NCBI GenBank assembly: GCA_046047895.1
Contig: JBJOHE010000518.1
Location: forward strand, 1-13,592
Source: Planctomycetota bacterium
GTDB taxonomy: Bacteria > Planctomycetota > Planctomycetia > Pirellulales > UBA1268
Direction of reading: 5' to 3'
Length of the DNA stretch: 13,592 nucleotides
A program made the translations under genes and the position numbers. Under the pieces are notes generated by a model. That model had not been told where the DNA came from. It was given only the letters and a program-made list of their open reading frames with translations, and did not search any database. Of this stretch, positions 7,109-13,277 are shown in pieces. Within the stretch, counting starts at the first letter, position 1. Every line of letters begins with the position of its first letter.

Positions 7109-8066
7109 GCAGCTCAATCACAAGGCGTTCGCGATCGCGGAGGATCTCGTCCGGCGGGCGACGGAGATCGGGGCCGTGCTCCACACGGTGGGCGGATGCC
7201 GGGTGCTCGACTGTGGAGTGGAAACGGCGGGCAGCGACGCGGCCGGGCTCGGGATGGCCCACGTGGCAGTCGCCGGTCTGGCCGAGGTGAGGCTCGTGCC
7301 GCCTGGCGCCGCCCCCCCCGCCTGGCCCGGCTGCCCGTGGCCGAACGTGCAGGTCGTCAGCAGCAGTCCGGTCGCCGCCTGCCTGGCATCCCAATACGCC
7401 GGCTGGCGGATCGCGAGCGGCCGATTCTTCGCCATGGCCAGCGGCCCGATCCGCGCCGCCATCGGTCGCGAGGAGCTGTTCGACACGATCGGGATGCGGG
7501 AGCGTCCCGACCGGGCGGTCGGGATTCTCGAGACATCCGCGTTGCCGCCCGAGAGCGTCTGCCAAGAACTCGCCGCGGCCGCGGGCCTCCGACCGGATCA
7601 GCTGATCCTGCTGGTGGCCCGCACCGCCAGCCGGGCCGGCACGCTCCAGATCGTGGCCCGGTCGCTCGAAACCGCGCTCCACAAGCTCCACGACGCTGGC
7701 TTCGACCTCACGCGGATCTGCAGCGGCAGCGGAACCGCCCCCCTGCCGCCCGTCGCCCGCGACGACCTCCGGGCGATCGGCTGCACAAACGACGCGATCC
7801 TCGCCGGCGGCAGCGTGACCCTGACGGTCACCGGCGATGACGCCAGCCTGGCCGCGATCGGCCCCAGCGGGGTGAGCGGCAGCTCTCCCGCGGCCGGCCG
7901 GCCGTTTCTCGAGATCTTCGAGGCTGCCGGCCGCGACTTCTATGCCATCGATCCGGCCCTGTTCGCGCCCGCCAGGCTGGAATTCATCAATCGGGACACC
8001 GGCGGCGTCCACCGCGCGGGCGAGTTGCGGCCCGAGCTTGTCGCCCGGTCTTTTGCAGCCGGCTGA
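7107..8066 (+). CDS. mch: Methenyltetrahydromethanopterin cyclohydrolase
   Basis: 319 aa from ATG 7107. PVAACLASQYAGWRIA, FFAMASGPIRA, QIVARSLETALHKLHDAGFDL, GCTNDAILAGGSVTLTV and GRPFLEIFEAAGRDFYAIDPALFAPA line up block-for-block with the Methylobacterium Mch sequence as I remember it. The 70 upstream codons in the ORF track are Arg-rich junk antisense to the regulator. Confidence 0.92.
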   Translation: MQLNHKAFAIAEDLVRRATEIGAVLHTVGGCRVLDCGVETAGSDAAGLGMAHVAVAGLAEVRLVPPGAAPPAWPGCPWPNVQVVSSSPVAACLASQYAGWRIASGRFFAMASGPIRAAIGREELFDTIGMRERPDRAVGILETSALPPESVCQELAAAAGLRPDQLILLVARTASRAGTLQIVARSLETALHKLHDAGFDLTRICSGSGTAPLPPVARDDLRAIGCTNDAILAGGSVTLTVTGDDASLAAIGPSGVSGSSPAAGRPFLEIFEAAGRDFYAIDPALFAPARLEFINRDTGGVHRAGELRPELVARSFAAG

Positions 8067-8106
8067 CGCCGCTCGCCCGCGATTCGGGCTGCGGTTCCCC
8101 CTCAAG

Positions 8107-8133
8107 CCGGCCGAAAGACCTTTCCGCGGCCGG
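8107..8133 (+). terminator. GC-rich hairpin downstream of mch (possible U-tract-less terminator)
   Basis: CCGGCCG (8107-8113) pairs with CGGCCGG (8127-8133), giving a 7 G/C-rich bp stem 41 nt after the mch stop. No T-run follows. Confidence 0.2.
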
Positions 8134-8238
8134 AATGCCGAAGCCGAGAAGCTCTTGTGAAGATGGGCGAACCTTCCGGCTTGAGCCGCGTTTCTCCCGG
8201 TGTTGCGAGCCGGACAATTGGTAAATGCGAATCCAGCC

Positions 8239-8261
8239 GGCTGCCTCATTCTTGGGCAGCC
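8239..8261 (+). other. Stable hairpin in the non-coding gap
   Basis: GGCTGCC (8239-8245) pairs perfectly with GGCAGCC (8255-8261) around a 9-nt loop tcattcttg. Confidence 0.4.
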
Positions 8262-8465
8262 ACCCCCGTGCCCGCCTGTCAGGCATTGATGCCCATTCGC
8301 AAGGCAGGGCGGGCTTTGGTCGCGCAAGTCCTTGCGCAGCAAGCACTTCATGCTGTCACTTGACCGCCTGCCAATGGTTTTTCAGCCGGCGACGGGGTGA
8401 GCCCGCGAAGCCGAGCAGAAAAGGATCTTCCGTTCCCCCAAGCCTCAGCCACCAAAGGGTTCCCC

Positions 8466-8921
8466 ATGGCCACCACTACGAAGACCGCCCCCGCAAACTC
8501 GACCGAAACCCACCAGGCCTCCGCGGTTCTCCAGGTTGCCGAGCGGCTCTACGGGATGGACCCTGAGTGGGTCGTGTTCTTCCGCGAGATTCTCGGCGTC
8601 GACGGAATGGTCCGCCGCACGTTCAACGACCCGGAGTCGCTGATTCGCTTCGAGTGCTCGCCGCAATACGCCCGGATCCGCGAGATGCTCGACACCCTTC
8701 GGAGCCGGCAGCAGGAGCGGCCGACCGAACGGGAGGCCCAGCGGGTGGTGACGGTGCGGATGCCCCGGTCGCTCCATGAGACTCTGAAGAACGAGGCCGG
8801 TCTCCTCAAGGTGAGCGTCAACACCCTCTGCATCTCAAAACTGATGAAGCTGCTCGACGACCGCGACATGGCCGGCGGCGAACCGGCGGCGGAAGGCGAG
8901 GAGACTGGAGCGGACCTGTAA
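8466..8921 (+). CDS. Hypothetical protein with C-terminal ribbon-helix-helix (Arc/HicB-antitoxin-like) DNA-binding motif
   Basis: 151 aa from ATG 8466, with AAGGG 6 nt upstream and GC-rich third codon positions. RVVTVRMPRSLHETLKNEAGLLKVSVNTLCISKLMKLL fits the RHH pattern (R.P..LH..L...A...gVS.N). I do not recognise the N-terminal ~100 aa. The C-terminal tail is acidic. Confidence 0.6.
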   Translation: MATTTKTAPANSTETHQASAVLQVAERLYGMDPEWVVFFREILGVDGMVRRTFNDPESLIRFECSPQYARIREMLDTLRSRQQERPTEREAQRVVTVRMPRSLHETLKNEAGLLKVSVNTLCISKLMKLLDDRDMAGGEPAAEGEETGADL

Positions 8922-9320
8922 GCCGGGTTTTGTCCCCGCGGCCTCGCGGCCTCGGGGGGTGACCATTTCTCTAGGGCCCGACGGTTGCCCGGGGCCTCGA
9001 GCGGCCGACCCGGAAGCTGGTGCGGGACGGGCAGCCCCGCGGCGTTCCCGAAGGAACGAACTTCTTCCTGCTTGGCCTTGCTCCGGGTGGGGTTTGCCGA
9101 GCCAGGCCGGTCACCCGGCCTGCTGGTGAGCTCTTACCTCACCGTTTCACCCTTACCGCCGGGGCGAACCCCGGCGGCGGTCTGCTTTCTGTTGCACTTT
9201 CCCTGACCTCGCGGCCGGTGGGCGTTACCCACCACCCTGCCCTGCGGAGCCCGGACTTTCCTCCCGCCGCGTCCCAAAGGGCCGCGGCCGGCGATCACCC
9301 GGTCCGCTCCAGTCCTCGCT
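8896..9320 (-). ncRNA. rnpB: RNase P RNA, bacterial type A
   Basis: The reverse complement contains the universal blocks GGGAGGAAAGUCCGGGCUCC (plus-strand 9246-9265), GGUAAGGGUGAAACGGUG (around 9141-9160) and ACAAAACCCGGCUUAC (8919-8934). A long P1 helix pairs 9301-9319 with 8896-8916 (12 bp + 2-nt bulge + 7 bp). A P2-like pairing joins GGGUGAUC with GGUCACCC. A GGCC-GCGA-GGCC GNRA hairpin sits in the P18 position. Ends are +/- a few nt. Confidence 0.9.
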
Positions 9321-9327
9321 GATGTCG

Positions 9328-9333
9328 AGTATA
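9328..9333 (-). promoter_or_regulatory. Candidate -10 element (TATACT) for rnpB
   Basis: The reverse complement of agtata at 9328-9333 is TATACT, ending 7-9 nt upstream of the predicted 5' end of the P1 helix (9319-9321). No convincing -35 was found. A TG lies 2 nt upstream. Confidence 0.35.
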
Positions 9334-9378
9334 AGCAGCCAGAGCAACCGAGCCCTCGCCGCCCAGCCACCCCTGAAC

Positions 9379-9407
9379 TTGACCCTCCCCCACCCCCTGC
9401 ATACCTT
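9379..9407 (+). promoter_or_regulatory. Candidate sigma70-type promoter for the FHA-rsgA-hflX array
   Basis: TTGACC (9379-9384), 17-bp C-rich spacer, TACCTT (9402-9407). This would give a ~90-nt leader before ATG 9505. Confidence 0.3.
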
Positions 9408-9504
9408 CCCGTCAGGCACCGGCAGGTGCGACGGGCGAGGCGACACACCCGGCTGATCACGGCCGGCTTCCCCCGGGGCGGCATCTTCGAGCGGAATCAC
9501 TCCG

Positions 9505-9936
9505 ATGTTTGGCGAACTCCTACCCGTTGGCGGCGGCGATCCGATCCCGCTTCTCAAGCCCGATCTGATCGTGGGCCGCCGGGAAGGGGCCGACATCGTG
9601 CTCCGGTTTCCCAACGTGTCCGGCCACCACTGCGAACTGACGCTCGGGGAGGGCTACTGGACCGTCAAGGATCTCCGCAGCAGCAATGGGACGAAGGTCA
9701 ACGGCACCCGGGTGACCGAGCAACAGCTCAAGCCGGGCGACAAACTCAGCATCGCCAACCACGAATACGAGATCGCCTTTGATCCGCTGCGGCTGGGTGC
9801 TGCGGCGCGGCCGGAGGAGAAGACGCGAGAGGAAAGCATCTTCAGCCGATCGCTGCTCGAGGCGGCCGGGCTCGAAGGCCGGCGGTCGTCCGACTCCCGC
9901 TCCTCCCCCGACCGGCCGCGACGGCCGACCCGTTAA
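9505..9936 (+). CDS. FHA (forkhead-associated) domain protein
   Basis: 143 aa. LIVGRREGADIVLRFPNVSGHHCELTL..GYWTVKDLRSSNGTKVNGTRV carries the FHA hallmarks (GR, S..H, NGT.VNG). The C-terminal tail is disordered and Arg/Ser/Pro-rich. Confidence 0.85.
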   Translation: MFGELLPVGGGDPIPLLKPDLIVGRREGADIVLRFPNVSGHHCELTLGEGYWTVKDLRSSNGTKVNGTRVTEQQLKPGDKLSIANHEYEIAFDPLRLGAAARPEEKTREESIFSRSLLEAAGLEGRRSSDSRSSPDRPRRPTR

Positions 9937-9954
9937 GTCCCCGCTTCATTCTTC

Positions 9955-11094
9955 ATGCCGCGACCCCGCAAGTTCCGCATCGAGTTTCGCAAGAACCGGT
10001 CGGGGCGGAAACGCAGCGGCGATCTCACCAGGGCGGTCGGCGCCGATCCCGACGCGGTGGCCGACCAGGCCTCAGGCGAGCGGATCTCCGGCAAGGGTGC
10101 GCTCACCCGCAAGCGGACGGTCATGGTGGAGGCCGAACCAGGCGGGCCGGTGGACGGACTCGCTGTCGCGCCCTTCGCCGCCGGATCGTGGCGGGGCCAG
10201 GTGCTCCACGTCCACGGGCTCGAGAGCCTCGTGCAGGACGACACCGGCCGGGTGGTCCGGTGCACCCTTCGCCGCGTGCTCCGCACCCTCGCCACCGACC
10301 AGCGGCATCCGCTCGTGGCCGGCGACTGGGTGCAGGTGACGGCCGCCGGAGCCGAGGGCACGATCGAAGCGATCGAGCCGCGGCGATCCTCCCTCTCCCG
10401 CGACAGCCGGGGCCGGCGGCATGTGATCGTGGCCAACGTCGATCAACTGCTGATCATCGGGAGCGCGGCCCTGCCCGACCTGAAGCCGGGGCTGTTCGAT
10501 CGGCTGCTCGTCGCCGCCGAACTCGCGGGCATCCGACCACTGATCTGCATCAACAAGCTCGACCTCGTCGGCCCGGAACGGCTCGTGCCCCTGGCCGGCG
10601 TGTTCGCCCGGATGGGCTATGCGGTGATGCTCACCTCGGCCACCACCGGCCTCGGCCTGCCGCGGCTGGCCGCCGAACTCGGCGGCAGGGTGACTGCCGT
10701 GGTGGGGCAGAGCGGCGTGGGCAAGTCGTCGCTGCTCAACGCGCTCGACCCCGGCCTCCGGCTGGCGGTGGGCGAGGTGAGCCGGGAGAATGAGAAGGGA
10801 AGGCACACCACCACCACTGCCCGTCTCCTGCCCCACCGGTTCGGCGGCTCGTTCGTCGACACGCCGGGGGTGCGGCAGTTTCAGCCCTGGGAGCTGGTGC
10901 CGGCCGAGGTGCCGGCGGCCTTCCGCGACCTGCGGCCGCTGGCCAACCTCTGCCGGTTTCCCGACTGCACCCACAGCCACGAGTCGGGCTGCGCCGTGAA
11001 AGACGCCGTGGCCGACGGACTGCTCGACACCCGCCGCTGGGAGAGCTGCTGCCAGCTCGCCGGCGGCGACACCTGGGACGACCCCGAATCATGA
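9955..11094 (+). CDS. rsgA: Ribosome small-subunit-dependent GTPase A (RsgA/YjeQ) with basic N-terminal extension
   Basis: Circularly permuted GTPase order: NKLDL (G4), then GQSGVGKSSLLNAL (G1), then DTPG (G3). C-terminal zinc knuckle CRFPDCTHSHESGCAV. VANVDQLLII block present. About 75 aa of Arg/Lys-rich sequence precede the OB-fold. Confidence 0.92.
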   Translation: MPRPRKFRIEFRKNRSGRKRSGDLTRAVGADPDAVADQASGERISGKGALTRKRTVMVEAEPGGPVDGLAVAPFAAGSWRGQVLHVHGLESLVQDDTGRVVRCTLRRVLRTLATDQRHPLVAGDWVQVTAAGAEGTIEAIEPRRSSLSRDSRGRRHVIVANVDQLLIIGSAALPDLKPGLFDRLLVAAELAGIRPLICINKLDLVGPERLVPLAGVFARMGYAVMLTSATTGLGLPRLAAELGGRVTAVVGQSGVGKSSLLNALDPGLRLAVGEVSRENEKGRHTTTTARLLPHRFGGSFVDTPGVRQFQPWELVPAEVPAAFRDLRPLANLCRFPDCTHSHESGCAVKDAVADGLLDTRRWESCCQLAGGDTWDDPES

Positions 11095-12431
11095 GAGAGC
11101 CCGCCCGCCTCGACCGCGCCGAACCGGAGCGGGCGATCCTCGTCGGTGTTTTGCTCGAGCAGCCCGTGGACCCGGACCATCCGCTCGACGAGCTCGCCGG
11201 CCTGGCCTCCACCGCGGGAACCGAGGTGGTGGCCGAACTCACGCAACGGCGGGAGCATCCCGACCAGACCACCTACCTCGGCAAGGGCAAGGTGCAGGAG
11301 CTGACGGCCCTGGTCGAACATCATGACGCCGATGTCGTGATCTTCGACAACGACCTCTCGCCGGCCCAGACCCGCAATCTCGAGCGGGCCCTGGAGGTGA
11401 AGGTGATCGACCGCTCGGAGCTGATCCTCGACATCTTCGCCGCCCGGGCCCGCACCTACGAGGCGCGGCTGGCCGTCGAACTCGCGCAGCTTGAATACTC
11501 ACTCCCCCGGCTGAAGCGGATGTGGACCCATCTCTCGCGGCTCAAGATGGGCGTCGGCATGCGTGGTCCGGGCGAGAAGCAGCTGGAGGTCGACCGCCGG
11601 CTGGTCGAGAAGCGAATCCACGATCTCAAGGGAGAACTGGCCGTGGTGCACGGCCGCCGGGAACGGGAAGTGGCCGCCCGCCGCGGCCACATGACCGTGT
11701 CGCTCGTGGGCTACACCAACGCCGGCAAGAGCACCCTGCTCAACGCCCTGACCGGTGCCGATGAACTCGCGGCCGACCAACTCTTCGCCACACTCGACAC
11801 CCGCACCCGCCGTTGGCGGCTGCCGGGCTGGGGCCCGGTGCTCCTGAGCGACACGGTGGGTTTCATCCGCGACCTGCCCCACCGGCTGATCGCCAGCTTC
11901 AAGGCCACGCTCGAAGAGACGCGGCAGGCCGACCTGCTCCTGCATGTAGCCGACGCGTCGAGCCCGCTCGTCGACGCCCAGGTCGCCGCGGTTCGGAGCG
12001 TGCTCGCGGAGCTTGGCGTGGAAGACAAGGACACCCTGCTGGTGCTCAACAAGCTCGACCGGCTGCCCGACCAGGCCGCCCGCGACCGGCTGCTCGCCCG
12101 CTACCCCCACGCGATCGGAATCTCCGCCCGGTCGGGAGCGGGGCTGGCATCCCTCGCCCGCGCCGCGAGCGACTGCCTGGGCCGCAGCTTCCGCGACGTG
12201 GATGTGGCGACCGACCCCGGCAATGGCCGGCTGCTCGCCTGGCTCGGCCGCCACGGCGAGGTGCTTTCCCGCCAGTTCACGGCCGATCGCGTCACGGTGC
12301 ACTGCCGGATTCCCGCGGCCCTCGTCGGCCGAATCGATGCCACCGAAGCGAGCGTGACGCCGCACTCCCGCCCGCAGGTGGAACCCGGCGACGCCGCGAT
12401 CGTCGAGCCGCCGGCGGCCGCCCAGGGGTGA
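11091..12431 (+). CDS. hflX: GTPase HflX
   Basis: VIFDNDLSPAQTRNLERALEVKVIDRSELILDIFAARARTYEARLAVELAQL, GPGEKQLEVDRR, VSLVGYTNAGKSTLLNAL, DQLFATLD, DTVGFIRDLPHRLIASFKATLEE and NKLD all follow E. coli HflX closely. ATGA overlap with the rsgA stop (11091-11094). Confidence 0.95.
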   Translation: MREPARLDRAEPERAILVGVLLEQPVDPDHPLDELAGLASTAGTEVVAELTQRREHPDQTTYLGKGKVQELTALVEHHDADVVIFDNDLSPAQTRNLERALEVKVIDRSELILDIFAARARTYEARLAVELAQLEYSLPRLKRMWTHLSRLKMGVGMRGPGEKQLEVDRRLVEKRIHDLKGELAVVHGRREREVAARRGHMTVSLVGYTNAGKSTLLNALTGADELAADQLFATLDTRTRRWRLPGWGPVLLSDTVGFIRDLPHRLIASFKATLEETRQADLLLHVADASSPLVDAQVAAVRSVLAELGVEDKDTLLVLNKLDRLPDQAARDRLLARYPHAIGISARSGAGLASLARAASDCLGRSFRDVDVATDPGNGRLLAWLGRHGEVLSRQFTADRVTVHCRIPAALVGRIDATEASVTPHSRPQVEPGDAAIVEPPAAAQG

Positions 12432-12435
12432 CGCC

Positions 12436-13248
12436 GTGGCGTTCGTGCCGTCCATCCTGCCGTCGCTCGGCCGCCGCCGCCGGAACCTCGCCGGCATGCG
12501 GGCGATCGTGACCGGTGGCTCCTCCGGCGTGGGGCGGGCCCTGGCATGGGAGCTCTCCCGCCGCGGCGCACGGGTGATGGCCACCGCCCGCCGGCGGGAA
12601 CGGCTCGCCGAGCTCGCCTCCGACTCGTCCGAACAGCCGATCGACCACGAGGCCGGCGACCTCTGCGACGCCGGCTTTCGCGAGCGGCTCGTCGCGACCA
12701 CGCTCGAACGGCTCGGAGGGCTCGATCTCGTGATCGCGGCGGCCGGTGGCGGCGCGATCGGCCCCTTCGCGGAGACCGACGCCCGCACCTTCGCGAGCAT
12801 GCTCGACCTCAATCTCGTGGCCCCGGCAGAGCTCGTCCGGCTCTGCATCCCGCACCTGCGGCAGGCCCGCGATCCAGCGGTCGTCTTCGTCGGCTCGATC
12901 CTCGGCCTCCACCCGTTGCCGCTCCACGGCGAATACTGCGCCGCCAAGAGCGGGCTGCATGCCCTGGCGGGGGCGCTGCGGATCGAACTGAACGGCGAGG
13001 GCATCGCAGTGATGCTGGCCCGCCTCGGCCCGGTCGCGACGGAGTTTTGGGATGCGCTCGTCGTGGGCGAGCGGCCAGCCTGGTCCCGCGGCCGGCCGGT
13101 GTCGGCCTCCCTCGTGGCCACGGCGGTGCTCGACGGCCTCGAACGCCGCCGGGCCGTGGTCACGCCCGGCTGGCGGGCCAAGGCCTATGCCGCCCTCGCC
13201 CGCATGTTTCCCAGCGCCATCGATCGCTTCGCCGCCCGCCAGGTGTAG
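12436..13248 (+). CDS. Short-chain dehydrogenase/reductase (SDR) family oxidoreductase
   Basis: AIVTGGSSGVGRALAWEL (TGxxxGxG Rossmann motif) and YCAAKSGL (YxxxK active site). A GTG start at 12436, 4 nt after the hflX stop, keeps the usual ~20 residues before the Gly motif. ATG 12496 is the alternative. Substrate unknown. Confidence 0.85.
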   Translation: MAFVPSILPSLGRRRRNLAGMRAIVTGGSSGVGRALAWELSRRGARVMATARRRERLAELASDSSEQPIDHEAGDLCDAGFRERLVATTLERLGGLDLVIAAAGGGAIGPFAETDARTFASMLDLNLVAPAELVRLCIPHLRQARDPAVVFVGSILGLHPLPLHGEYCAAKSGLHALAGALRIELNGEGIAVMLARLGPVATEFWDALVVGERPAWSRGRPVSASLVATAVLDGLERRRAVVTPGWRAKAYAALARMFPSAIDRFAARQV

Positions 13249-13277
13249 GCGCCAGAAAGACCGGCTCGGGGGCAACC

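Noticed and set aside
8226-8234. TGCGAATCC resembling a tRNA/tmRNA T-loop
   Set aside because: I found no flanking T-stem, acceptor stem or CCA-proximal pairing, so no cloverleaf or tmRNA-like ends could be built around it.
7062-8351. 429-aa ORF antisense to mch
   Set aside because: It shows no recognisable domain and has an Arg/Gly/Ala/Pro-biased composition. It fully shadows a gene with very strong family similarity, the classic long antisense ORF of high-GC genomes.
8397-8465. GTG 8397 as the start of the RHH protein
   Set aside because: ATG 8466 has an AAGGG Shine-Dalgarno-like element 6 nt upstream. The extra 23 residues (SPRSRAEKDLPFPQASATKGFP) look non-coding. The call is not certain.
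8157-8566. Small ORFs in the mch-RHH gap (8157-8363 +, 8225-8566 +, 7987-8346 -) as possible toxin partners of the RHH protein
   Set aside because: The translations show no HicA, RelE or ParE-like features, and they have poor coding-like composition. I treat the gap as non-coding.
8985-9484. Three ORFs (8985-9206 +, 9020-9322 +, 9134-9484 -) in the rnpB region
   Set aside because: The region is fully explained by the RNase P RNA. The translations are Pro/Gly/Arg-rich with no motifs.
11499-13181. 560-aa ORF antisense to hflX and the SDR gene
   Set aside because: Same reasoning: low-complexity Arg/Ala/Ser/Pro translation spanning two well-supported genes on the other strand.
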